A stretch of DNA of 64,000 nt, taken from the IMG/VR virus record IMGVR_UViG_3300031485_000046; one strand, given 5' to 3'. This DNA comes from a virus. The position numbers were made by a program, and so were the translations under genes. Positions 46,440 through 55,510 of this stretch are shown here, one piece after another (positions within the stretch are counted from its first letter, which is position 1; each line of letters starts with the position of its first letter). The notes under the pieces were generated by a model that did not search any database, was not told the origin of the DNA, and saw nothing but the letters and a program-made list of their open reading frames with translations.

Positions 46440-47090
46440 TTATCTAATCTGGAATGTTTTTGTAAATCCGTTTCTACTTTTGCACCATCCTACTAGCCAA
46501 TAACAAAATGGTGTATCACTCAATGCGATCAATATTTTAACAACCCACTGGCTCATTATCATGGAAAATAAAACAGGCATGGGCATAATTCCATAAAATG
46601 CAATAACGATAAAGATTACCGTATCGAAAAACTGGCTAGATATGGTACCTACGTTATTTCTAAGCCACAAATGTTTTCCATGTGTTAAATCCTTTAGCTT
46701 ATGAAATACCCATACATCATTCAGCTGGCTGACAAGATAAGCAGTCAATGAAGCTCCAGTAATCCTACCAACTCTTCCAAAGAGTTCTGTAAAGAATTCC
46801 TGCCTCTCATAGAAAGGAGCGGCGGGAAGCATAACAGCGATAAACCCTAGTGACATAGCAAGCAGACTACAAAAGAATCCTGCCCATACAACCCTTGTAA
46901 CTACTTTCTTACCCCATACCTCTCCAATCACATCAGTCATAAGAAAAGTAATTGGGTATGCGATAACACCTGCTGGTAGAATGAAATCCCCAAACATAAA
47001 CAGTTTTGTTGCCAATACGTTTGCAGTTACCAACGATGTCACAAATACTGCAACCAGTGTGATGAATGTTCTTGGAATCTTGAGTTCCAT
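46440..47090 (-). CDS. YhhQ/VUT-family queuosine-precursor transporter
   Basis: Multi-pass membrane protein; YPITFLMTDVIGEVWG, LTAYLVSQLNDVWVFHKLK, FFDTVIFIVIAF align with recalled E. coli YhhQ blocks. Confidence 0.7.
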   Translation of the reverse strand: MELKIPRTFITLVAVFVTSLVTANVLATKLFMFGDFILPAGVIAYPITFLMTDVIGEVWGKKVVTRVVWAGFFCSLLAMSLGFIAVMLPAAPFYERQEFFTELFGRVGRITGASLTAYLVSQLNDVWVFHKLKDLTHGKHLWLRNNVGTISSQFFDTVIFIVIAFYGIMPMPVLFSMIMSQWVVKILIALSDTPFCYWLVGWCKSRNGFTKTFQIR

Positions 47091-47105
47091 GCTGATACTC
47101 CTCCC

Positions 47106-47714
47106 TTAGATTACGGTACTTCGTCTTTTTCTGTTCTGTATCTGAAATACTTTATCCGCCGATTCAATCAAAGCATCAGAATGGGTAATCATGATAATTT
47201 GTAATCCGAGTTTGTCTGATACCTGTTTTAGCATCTCACTTGCTTTAGGTAGCAATCCTTCAGAAAGATTCTTGAATGGTTCATCCAGTAACAGCACATT
47301 CCGAGTTTTTGGCCGTTGCATAGACCATGATGCAACCCTAAGCGCAAAACTAGCTACATCTACTGCACCACCTCCAGACGCTGATAAAGGATCTATCACC
47401 TGCTTTCCTCGTTGAAACATCAGATCACATTCAGTCTTACCTCTCCTTTGCACAAATTCTACCAACATACTGTATGGATCATCAAATACAGAATCAAGTG
47501 CCATCGAAACCGTATCTGCTATATGGTACTGCAACGATTGTTGTGTTTTCAATCCTACTTCCTTTACTACCGCTATCGCTTGTTCGTGCTTTCTTATTTC
47601 TCGGTGTGTTTCTGCTAATCCTTGTTTGGCAGTTTCTAATGACTGTTCAAGCTGTTCTTTCTGCCCTTTCAATCGTTCAAGCTGGATTCGCAATTGCCTT
47701 ATCTCATTTTTCAT
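47106..47714 (-). CDS. SbcC/Rad50-like ATPase, C-terminal half
   Basis: Signature-like LSASGGGAVD, Walker B LLLDEP, H-loop ITHS, preceded by coiled coil. Confidence 0.75.
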   Translation of the reverse strand: MKNEIRQLRIQLERLKGQKEQLEQSLETAKQGLAETHREIRKHEQAIAVVKEVGLKTQQSLQYHIADTVSMALDSVFDDPYSMLVEFVQRRGKTECDLMFQRGKQVIDPLSASGGGAVDVASFALRVASWSMQRPKTRNVLLLDEPFKNLSEGLLPKASEMLKQVSDKLGLQIIMITHSDALIESADKVFQIQNRKRRSTVI

Positions 47715-47982
47715 TGTCTGAATATGATTGCGCTATTTCTTCAAGAAGCGAATCCAGTTTAGAGGAAACAGTATCCAAATTACTCTGGATTTTTGCAAGA
47801 GTTTTTTCCGCTTCTTCTAAATCCTTACAACCCCATTTTTCCGCTAGTTCTTTCAACATATAGTCTTTCTTGCCTTTTAATTCAGCTATTTTTGCTTTAC
47901 CGTCTTCAATCTTCTTCTTTAGTACAAATAGTTCCTTTTCTGTCAGTTTAGAGGAGCGAATTGCCATCTTTATCACATCCAT
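47704..47982 (-). CDS. Coiled-coil protein
   Basis: 92-codon ORF overlapping the SbcC C-half by 11 nt. Confidence 0.5.
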   Translation of the reverse strand: MDVIKMAIRSSKLTEKELFVLKKKIEDGKAKIAELKGKKDYMLKELAEKWGCKDLEEAEKTLAKIQSNLDTVSSKLDSLLEEIAQSYSDNEK

Positions 47983-48271
47983 TCATATAGTTTTGGTACC
48001 GCCTACAATGGTCCTTTTTAACACAAGTATGGAAGCATATTTGAGCCGCAACCATACATTCTCTTGCAGTACACCACAAGAATTCTGTTTCATGCAAAGC
48101 AGCCAATTCCTCGAATCGTTTCATTCTGTTTCTGCTCAATACTTTAGGTTTTTCCCCGAATACCCACTGTCGAATCATAGGAGGATTAATTGTGCCGTTT
48201 ACGGGAACTTCAACAATTCCTTTAGGTTTTTTTAGGAATTTACGAGTTTTCTTCTTAGCATACTTTTTCAT
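47948..48271 (-). CDS. Small Cys-rich basic protein
   Basis: ATGA overlap with SbcD stop. Confidence 0.45.
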   Translation of the reverse strand: MKKYAKKKTRKFLKKPKGIVEVPVNGTINPPMIRQWVFGEKPKVLSRNRMKRFEELAALHETEFLWCTARECMVAAQICFHTCVKKDHCRRYQNYMNGCDKDGNSLL

Positions 48272-49170
48272 AGCACTTCACCATCCATCGCTTTATGGAT
48301 AAGTGATATAACTGATTTTCTTAGTTTATTGGTTGAAAGAAATTCCCTTAGATTGTCTTCGAATGACAATGACACATTCCAGTCCTCCTTCAGGCGTGAT
48401 ATAAATGCTTCCATCCGCATATCTCTTTCTGCCTTTACCTCAAGATGTTCCTTTGTAATCACATCTGTCTTTATTGGTAGATATTCTGCGGTTACACTAT
48501 TTGTTTCAGCAAACCATAAATATACCCTAGGTTTGTGTTCCGCCTGATCCGCAGTTTGTCTTGTGATAGATCCAGGATTTACTAGCAATCTATCTTTATA
48601 TTTTACCACAAAAGGTGTATGGTTGTCACCTGTCAATATTAATTTATACTTAGAAAATTTTCTAAGTATTTGCTCCGCAGTAGGATCTGTACATCCTAGC
48701 CATGGTTTATTGCCTGTATATGTAAACTTGTGCCATACAGCAACATTTTCAAATGCACTACCTGCTAGTAGTTCTGAAATAGCCTCATTGGGTTTTTCTT
48801 CCCCCCAATGCCCATTTCTTAAAACTGTAATGTTATGTGCTGTACTTAAAGTATACATCCCAGACCGTTGTGCAAGTTCCATATTATGTTGTGGCAAATC
48901 GTGATTCCCGTATACCGTTAAAAAAGCAGGACCATTTTTGAATTCAGAAAACTGGTTGAAAAATGATATTGATGCAGAGAGTAAATAGGGTGATGTTTTC
49001 CATGTATGGAATAAATCTCCAGCATGGATAACAGGGCAACCATACTTTCTTTGCAATTCCATAATATAGTTCGCTTTTATCCATTGGGATTCCCAAAAAT
49101 TATCAGTACGGCAGATTGGTTGTGTGTCTCTCAAATGCCAATCTGCCGTAAGAATTGCCGTAGGTTTCAT
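48268..49170 (-). CDS. SbcD/Mre11-like nuclease (calcineurin-like phosphoesterase)
   Basis: Motifs TADWHL, GDLFH, GNHD, GDNH. Confidence 0.85.
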   Translation of the reverse strand: MKPTAILTADWHLRDTQPICRTDNFWESQWIKANYIMELQRKYGCPVIHAGDLFHTWKTSPYLLSASISFFNQFSEFKNGPAFLTVYGNHDLPQHNMELAQRSGMYTLSTAHNITVLRNGHWGEEKPNEAISELLAGSAFENVAVWHKFTYTGNKPWLGCTDPTAEQILRKFSKYKLILTGDNHTPFVVKYKDRLLVNPGSITRQTADQAEHKPRVYLWFAETNSVTAEYLPIKTDVITKEHLEVKAERDMRMEAFISRLKEDWNVSLSFEDNLREFLSTNKLRKSVISLIHKAMDGEVL

Positions 49171-50219
49171 TTCTTACCTCCTTTTTTACTGCCGCATAAA
49201 GGACAAGTATCTGGAAATAGCGCATCAAACTTTTCCTGAAGTTTATTAGTTTCTTGCACTATATTATACATATCCTCGTCATTTTCCTTTATGTTTGTGA
49301 AAAGAAGGTATACATCTTTTTTATTATCGTAAAGTGTTCTTAGGTTTTGAAACAATTCAATAGCATTGTCTACTTGCGTTTCCTTAATAGGAAATGCTTC
49401 AAGTTTTTTTAATGCTTGTGATACTGCTTTTATTTCTGAAACAATGTCTGAAGCTCGAAGGAAAGTGTGTTCCAGTTGCGTTTTTTCTTCACGCAAAGTA
49501 AAATACTCCGTTACTTTTTTATCTATAGCAAAAAGAGGTTCAAATTCTTCCATTTGTAAATCAACCTCTTCTATGACATCAATAATCCTACTCAATTCCA
49601 TCAGGTCTTTGTCAAGTTTCTCTATCCTATTTTGAAGTTTCTCCGCACGGATAATTTTCTTTTCCATTTCAGAAATATGATTAAACTTAATAAGGGAATT
49701 TTCATATTCCTCTATTTTGCTTTCGTATACCCGTACATCCTGATTTAATTGCCTTTGCCACGATGCAAGTGTTTTCATTGTAGCATCAATAATGTCTAGG
49801 TGTGCGATCCTATTAAAATGAGCCGCTACCTCACCTGCACTAGAATCAAGTAAAAAGGGTCGGTCAAACTGCTGTTGCAGATTTACCTCGTCAATATTAA
49901 GGATTCGCACAACATCATCGGGAACATCTGTTTTGATAGCAGTCAGCTTGCTACCGTTTATTGTGTACCCATGTCCGCTATCATGTTTCCAACGGGTAAT
50001 CTCGTTATCAGGTACTTGAATAGTAACAGAAGTATCTCCGCCCCAGTCAGAACGAAAAGCATCTCCTAAGGGTCTATTCCAAATAACCCATCGTAATGCT
50101 CTTAGGATAGCAGTCTTGCCAGAGTCTGAGGGGCCAATGATAGCATTGACCCCTGCTTCAAACTCGAATTGGCTTTTCGTATGTGACTGGAAATTTCTTA
50201 GCTCCACTCGCTCAATCAT
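49167..50219 (-). CDS. SbcC/Rad50-like ATPase, N-terminal half with coiled coil and C-terminal CxxC hook
   Basis: Walker A GPSDSGKT; long coiled coil; CPLCG. Confidence 0.8.
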   Translation of the reverse strand: MIERVELRNFQSHTKSQFEFEAGVNAIIGPSDSGKTAILRALRWVIWNRPLGDAFRSDWGGDTSVTIQVPDNEITRWKHDSGHGYTINGSKLTAIKTDVPDDVVRILNIDEVNLQQQFDRPFLLDSSAGEVAAHFNRIAHLDIIDATMKTLASWQRQLNQDVRVYESKIEEYENSLIKFNHISEMEKKIIRAEKLQNRIEKLDKDLMELSRIIDVIEEVDLQMEEFEPLFAIDKKVTEYFTLREEKTQLEHTFLRASDIVSEIKAVSQALKKLEAFPIKETQVDNAIELFQNLRTLYDNKKDVYLLFTNIKENDEDMYNIVQETNKLQEKFDALFPDTCPLCGSKKGGKK

Positions 50220-50221
50220 AA

Positions 50222-50590
50222 TTATTTACCTTTGTTTTTCTGCAAAAGCTGAAAGAATACTTTTGCATCCATAATTACGATAGGATCTTTTCGACTTTTT
50301 TTCGCAAACAGCAACCATTCTGTTCCTGGAATGGTATTGGTTTGCGCTTGCTCTATCCAAGATGGGATAGACCAATTTTCCTGTGCTTTACACTCAACAG
50401 AGTATGGAAATTCTTTCAGCACTTTTGCTTCCATGCGAACATCTACGCCATTCTGCCCCATACCTCTAGATTCGATAGGGCAATCGTGGCCCCATTCATA
50501 CCCAGTTAGATTCGATATTTGTTCACAAACCCATTTCTGTAGCCTGCGACCTTTATCCTTAGCAGATGCAACAGATATCCGTTTTTTCAT
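50222..50590 (-). CDS. Putative PD-(D/E)xK nuclease (Holliday junction resolvase-like)
   Basis: GVDV...VECK arrangement; placed between recombinase and SbcCD. Confidence 0.5.
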   Translation of the reverse strand: MKKRISVASAKDKGRRLQKWVCEQISNLTGYEWGHDCPIESRGMGQNGVDVRMEAKVLKEFPYSVECKAQENWSIPSWIEQAQTNTIPGTEWLLFAKKSRKDPIVIMDAKVFFQLLQKNKGK

Positions 50591-51651
50591 ACCAATACCC
50601 TGCGTTTCCTATTGGAATCGAATTGTGATTCAACTTCTTCCCATAAATCAATTACAGCATCTTCCAATTTCTTTTCAAGCCCGTCTTCTTCAATCATCCG
50701 AATAGATTCTTCTAATGATTTGCCTAGTTTCGTATCTCCAAGCGCATAAACAGTATTACCGCTCATCTTCTTCAGGTATTGCAGATTCTCTCGAATATTA
50801 TCAATACCATAATCAAAGATTATAGTTAAAGGAGCAGAACGATACGGCTTCCATACAGAATTCTTGTATACTTCCACTTCTGTAGTTACGCCAATTACTC
50901 GTTCCACTTCCTTTTTGTTGATAGTTTTTACAACCTTTATCTTTTTAGGACTACTGAATTTCAGTCGAGTGGATGCATAAAATCCAATTGCAAATCCACC
51001 TGCGGCAGAAGTTTTTTCAGCATAAGGAGAAGAATCTCCTGAACTCCTTACCTGATTAGAACAGACCACAAGAAACTTCTTTTCCGTAATGACACGGCAG
51101 GTTTTTCGTAGCTGTTCCGAAAACTCCTTTGCCCTTCTCATTCCCATTTTGTCGCCTTCTTTTCCCTCTAATTCAAGGTTGGTAGAAAGAGCGGCTAGAG
51201 AATCCACAAATACTCCGTGCAAATTTCCTTCAGGTTCTGGTGCCCATTTACGAATAGGTTCAAACACTTCAGGTACAGTATCAGGGTGGTCTATCTCCAT
51301 TTCCTCTACATCAAGATCGAACATCGTAGCAAATTGCCTATTCAACCTTGCTTCGGGATCACGAAAGAAAATAGAACCACCCTGCCTTTGTATTGCACCT
51401 GCTATCTGACATAACACAACTGTCTTACCACTGCCTGATGGGCCAAATGCTTCTACGAGCACTCCACCCGGCAACCCACCACCTCTTACCCTTCCACCTG
51501 ATATAGCAAGGTCAAGCAACGTAGAACCCGTAGATACTTTGTGCGTAAAATCACCATCATACTCCTTTTTCTTTGCAGGTGGTTCACTCATTCTTTGCTT
51601 TATCTGGGTAGTTAATTTACTTGGCGTCAGCTTTTTCTTTCTTACCACCAT
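50587..51651 (-). CDS. RecA/UvsX-family recombinase
   Basis: Walker A GPSGSGKT preceded by STGSTLLDLAISGG; RBS AGGAGG. Confidence 0.8.
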   Translation of the reverse strand: MVVRKKKLTPSKLTTQIKQRMSEPPAKKKEYDGDFTHKVSTGSTLLDLAISGGRVRGGGLPGGVLVEAFGPSGSGKTVVLCQIAGAIQRQGGSIFFRDPEARLNRQFATMFDLDVEEMEIDHPDTVPEVFEPIRKWAPEPEGNLHGVFVDSLAALSTNLELEGKEGDKMGMRRAKEFSEQLRKTCRVITEKKFLVVCSNQVRSSGDSSPYAEKTSAAGGFAIGFYASTRLKFSSPKKIKVVKTINKKEVERVIGVTTEVEVYKNSVWKPYRSAPLTIIFDYGIDNIRENLQYLKKMSGNTVYALGDTKLGKSLEESIRMIEEDGLEKKLEDAVIDLWEEVESQFDSNRKRRVLV

Positions 51652-52027
51652 TCTCTATCTCCTCCATGCGTTTGATGATAGCTTCAATCTGGTCTACTGT
51701 AAGTTTCTTTTTATTCAGTAGACCACTGGCAGTAATCTTATACCGATCCATTGGTATATTATCAGCCTTAAGGAGTAAGAGCCGTTTTGCAATATCATTC
51801 ACCATTGTAGGCGTTGAAGGAGCTTCCTTGCTTAGTTCCTTCTCCACTAAATCACATATAACATGTGATCTGGACAGACCTTTGTACACCGTATATAGGC
51901 TAAACTTGTCGGCAAGGGCAGGGGGAAGATACCCCCCTGCCATCTTGTTCCGATCAAGAAGAGCCTTAGGCTTTTTTTCTACAGGAGCAATCACTTCAGC
52001 CTTTTTCTTCTTAATCGTCTTCGCCAT
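51617..52027 (-). CDS. Hypothetical protein
   Basis: RBS AAGGAGG; 136 codons. Confidence 0.6.
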   Translation of the reverse strand: MAKTIKKKKAEVIAPVEKKPKALLDRNKMAGGYLPPALADKFSLYTVYKGLSRSHVICDLVEKELSKEAPSTPTMVNDIAKRLLLLKADNIPMDRYKITASGLLNKKKLTVDQIEAIIKRMEEIENGGKKEKADAK

Positions 52028-52029
52028 AA

Positions 52030-53304
52030 TTAATCCTCCTTAGCATCCATACAATCGTCCCATTTCGCACAATCATCACATTCATCATATTCTTCACAAT
52101 CTTTTCCGAATACATGACCGTGCGGACACTTGTTCTTTCCAGCTTTCTTATTTACCTTTTCTTCTTTCTTTCCCTTTTTAGCAGGTTCTTCTTTCAGTTT
52201 CTTTCTACCAGTACCATCACAGGGATTGCATACGCCCCCTCTAGAATTCTTACCAGTACCCTTGCAAGCCACACATTTTTCCTTTTCCGGAATATCTTCC
52301 TCTTCTTCCTCTTCTTCTACTTCATCATCATCTTCATCATCGTCCGTATCCTCTTCATCCTCCTCTTCTTCATCTTCGTCATCCGTATCTTCATCCTCAT
52401 CTTCGTCAGAGATGTCGTCCTCGTCCTCGTCATCCTCGTCAGAAGAATCATCAGCATCGTCTTCATCCTCTTCGTCAGGATCAGCCTCTTTCTTTTTCTT
52501 GGATTTCATCATACTACGGACAGAAGTTCCATCTTCTTCTTCGTCATCCTCAGTTTCATACTCAAAGAATTTAGCTTCCAGCTCATTATACGTAAGCACC
52601 TGAAGAATCTCATCCAGATTAGGAACATCTTTCAGATCCTTTTCCTTATATGGCTTTTCACGTTCTTCAAAATCAATTCTGGAGGTAGCGGCGTACTTAT
52701 TCTTACCAAACTGTTCCTCGCTGAAACGAATCTTGAGAGTAAGCCCTTCATCAGGATCAGGGAATACAGCATTCGTATCATCTTCTTCAAGTTCCTCATT
52801 CAGCTTATCCTGAAAAAGATACTGCGAAATATCCCAAATATGAGGTTTCTTTTCGTGATCCTTTGAATTCAGAGGCACCACTACGTACAAGTTCCGAAGA
52901 GAAGGCTTGAGTGCCTTCAGTTCATCGTCTTCCGCATCTCCATCTTTCACTCGCTTAGCTCGATGTTCGCAGATAGGACATTTCTTACCGAAAGTTGTGA
53001 GGCAGACAAAGGTTTCCTTATTTGCCCCTATTCCGCGATGTACTTTATACGGCTTCTTATACCACTGCTCTCCAACAGTAGCAATACCAAGATCCACATT
53101 CTTATCCATATGCTTTGGGTCTGTAACAGTATATGGAAGAATGTCGAGTGATACTCTAGAACCCGGCTCTTCTTTGAATACTCGAATATTTTTAGGCAGA
53201 TTCAGATATCCGTATTTAGAACCTTGTGCTTTCTGCTGTTTCACATTACCAGCAACTGCCGCCCTGAATTTGCTGTTACTGCCCTTTTTTCCAAGTTTAG
53301 CCAT
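52030..53304 (-). CDS. Putative ssDNA-binding protein with long acidic D/E tract and Cys-rich C-terminus
   Basis: Position in replication module; zinc-ligand-like CPICEH; function inferred. Confidence 0.55.
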   Translation of the reverse strand: MAKLGKKGSNSKFRAAVAGNVKQQKAQGSKYGYLNLPKNIRVFKEEPGSRVSLDILPYTVTDPKHMDKNVDLGIATVGEQWYKKPYKVHRGIGANKETFVCLTTFGKKCPICEHRAKRVKDGDAEDDELKALKPSLRNLYVVVPLNSKDHEKKPHIWDISQYLFQDKLNEELEEDDTNAVFPDPDEGLTLKIRFSEEQFGKNKYAATSRIDFEEREKPYKEKDLKDVPNLDEILQVLTYNELEAKFFEYETEDDEEEDGTSVRSMMKSKKKKEADPDEEDEDDADDSSDEDDEDEDDISDEDEDEDTDDEDEEEEDEEDTDDDEDDDEVEEEEEEEDIPEKEKCVACKGTGKNSRGGVCNPCDGTGRKKLKEEPAKKGKKEEKVNKKAGKNKCPHGHVFGKDCEEYDECDDCAKWDDCMDAKED

Positions 53305-53306
53305 AT

Positions 53307-53459
53307 TTACTTTTCCTCCTTATGATTTATAATGTGAATTGGCCCTTCACAATCAGGATCCACACATTCTTTACAACCGATAGTTCGTCTTGCCTGCGTA
53401 ATATGCTCACAATGCACACAACCCTCTTCAGGGTAGTTTCTGCACTGGAACCAAGGCAT
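53307..53459 (-). CDS. Small zinc-ribbon ORF (50 aa), not in ORF track
   Basis: ATG 53457-53459 with AGGAGG RBS; CxxC...CxxC...C. Confidence 0.45.
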   Translation of the reverse strand: MPWFQCRNYPEEGCVHCEHITQARRTIGCKECVDPDCEGPIHIINHKEEK

Positions 53460-53623
53460 GTTTTATTCCTCCTCTTCTTCTTCGTTCTCTCCTGCTTTCT
53501 TTTTAAGAAAATCATCAAATGCATTTAGCCATGCAGTCATTTGAAGCCTGCTGAAAAGATATACAAAGAATGGTATGATAAATGCACAAAGGACGCTGAT
53601 AATAAGGATTTGGGTAAATGACA

Positions 53624-54118
53624 CTATGATTTCCTCGCTTTCTTTTTCTTCACCATAGAAGCGGCAACGGTTTCATTCACTTTCTCATTTTTCCGCGTCC
53701 TCTCTTCTGAAAGATTTCTAGGAATAGACGGCCCTGCAAAATACTGCATACCATGTAGCTTGATTAACCCATCAAGTGTATCTTTTCTGGAAGCGATCGC
53801 ATCGAATGCTGATTTAGCCATACCGTACCTATACTGTGCTTCGATTACTTCCTCCGCGGCTTTCTTGTAAGAATCTTGAAGGATGATTGTATCTGCTACA
53901 AGATTCTCGGTTATCTTGCCCAAACCAAATGCATCAGGATCTGCTCGTATCTCTTTACTCAACTCAGCCTTAACAGCGTCAAACTGTTCCTTCATATAGT
54001 CAAGTTCCTTCCTAGCTTCACTTACTACATCTCCGTATTTCTTCATCAGGATCGGCTGTTCAAGCAATTCTACATCAAGGGCAGTTTCGTCAATGTTTAC
54101 ATCAAGATTGTACTCCAT
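53624..54118 (-). CDS. Hypothetical protein
   Basis: 164-codon ORF in replication operon. Confidence 0.6.
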   Translation of the reverse strand: MEYNLDVNIDETALDVELLEQPILMKKYGDVVSEARKELDYMKEQFDAVKAELSKEIRADPDAFGLGKITENLVADTIILQDSYKKAAEEVIEAQYRYGMAKSAFDAIASRKDTLDGLIKLHGMQYFAGPSIPRNLSEERTRKNEKVNETVAASMVKKKKARKS

Positions 54119-54189
54119 TATAATTCTCCTTTCTTAATTTATTTTCGTTGCTACACTATATAATACAACCTGCTTTTATCCTATTTAGA

Positions 54190-55104
54190 TCAATTTTCTC
54201 CGCAAACAATAGAAAAACATGCAAACGTAAGTCCTGGAAATCCCGTATTGTAGAACGGTTCTATGAACTGTTCCATAACTAGCCCTGCTTGCATGTTCTC
54301 TCCCTTAAGGAGAATCGTGTTGCAGTAGCTAAGAACCAGCCTGCGAATTGACTCAGGATCTTGGTCTTTCAACTTAGTAAGAATTCCTGCCACTTTCTTC
54401 CAAGGTGCTTTTTGCATAAGAACACGGCATAATTCAATAGCATCTGATTGTACCTCAGCCGCTCTCTTTGCAACTTCTATCCGCATTTCAGCGGGCACAC
54501 CAAGCACCTGATCCAATATCTGCAACGCATTTCTTGGATGACCCTGACTATCCATAATAATCTGTTCATACACTTCTTTAGTCAATTTATGTCCTTCTGT
54601 TTTTACAACAGAACGAAGCAAGGTCATCATTTCTGAATCTGTTAACTGTTTCACCTGATACTGTGAACATCTTCCTTTTATCGTAGCAATCAATTTCTGT
54701 GGATCTGTCGTAGCCAATATATAGTAAACATGTGGTGGTGTATCTTCCAACGCTTTTAGTAGTGCGGACTGGGCATCATTGGTTAGTCGATGAACTTCAT
54801 CCAGTAACCACACTCTACATTTACCTGATAAAGGTTTATACTGCGATTGCCTGCGTATTTCCCTTACAGTTTCAATGCCTCGAAAATCAGCACTATCCAC
54901 TTCCTTAAAATCATCTTCTGAACAACCAAGTTCCGTAGCGATGATTCTACCAAGGGTAGTCTTACCACAACCGGTAGGGCCGTGCAGAAGATATGCATGA
55001 GGATGATCTTCTTTAGCCAGATCCGATTTGAGTGCCGCTACCACTTCTACGTTGCCAACAACCTCGTCAAAAGTAGCTGGACGATATTTATGATAAAGGG
55101 ACAT
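54190..55104 (-). CDS. Clamp loader subunit (AAA+; DNA polymerase III gamma/tau or RFC-like)
   Basis: KYRPATFDEVVGN, Walker A GPTGCGKTT, Walker B LLDEVH, GRCSQ sensor. Confidence 0.85.
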   Translation of the reverse strand: MSLYHKYRPATFDEVVGNVEVVAALKSDLAKEDHPHAYLLHGPTGCGKTTLGRIIATELGCSEDDFKEVDSADFRGIETVREIRRQSQYKPLSGKCRVWLLDEVHRLTNDAQSALLKALEDTPPHVYYILATTDPQKLIATIKGRCSQYQVKQLTDSEMMTLLRSVVKTEGHKLTKEVYEQIIMDSQGHPRNALQILDQVLGVPAEMRIEVAKRAAEVQSDAIELCRVLMQKAPWKKVAGILTKLKDQDPESIRRLVLSYCNTILLKGENMQAGLVMEQFIEPFYNTGFPGLTFACFSIVCGEN

Positions 55105-55109
55105 AGTAA

Positions 55110-55316
55110 TTACTCCCTAAACGGAATACACATTTGTCCTTTTGCAGGTGCACCAGATAGAGATACATTCGTACACATTCCGAGTACCTGTTTCATATCA
55201 TCCACAGCACATTCCTCGATCATTCCCACAATTTCTCCATCACGAATTCTAACCAGAAGATAATTGAACCCAATCTCGCTGAACTTACTAGGATACGCCA
55301 CTATTGTGAATTTCAT
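55110..55316 (-). CDS. Hypothetical small protein
   Basis: 68-codon ORF. Confidence 0.5.
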   Translation of the reverse strand: MKFTIVAYPSKFSEIGFNYLLVRIRDGEIVGMIEECAVDDMKQVLGMCTNVSLSGAPAKGQMCIPFRE

Positions 55317-55498
55317 AATTTACCCTCCTTCTCAATGCATTCAGTACACCTGACAGGTTTTCTGTTATGGCAGAACAACCTGATCCCATACATCAGACAA
55401 CCGTAGCATGTGTCCATATAATCATACGTAGTTGTGTCAAGGTACTCACATGATTCACAATACTTGTTCTTAGGCTTTGCTACTTTTATAATTGCCAA
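55313..55498 (-). CDS. Small Cys-rich zinc-finger protein
   Basis: Multiple CxxC pairs. Confidence 0.5.
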   Translation of the reverse strand: MAIIKVAKPKNKYCESCEYLDTTTYDYMDTCYGCLMYGIRLFCHNRKPVRCTECIEKEGKL

Positions 55499-55510
55499 TC
55501 CTACCCCTCC

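Noticed and set aside
52114-52866. 250-aa and 157-aa plus-strand ORFs antisense to the SSB-like gene
   Set aside because: Low-complexity poly-Ser/poly-Phe translations produced by the antisense of the acidic GA-rich tract.
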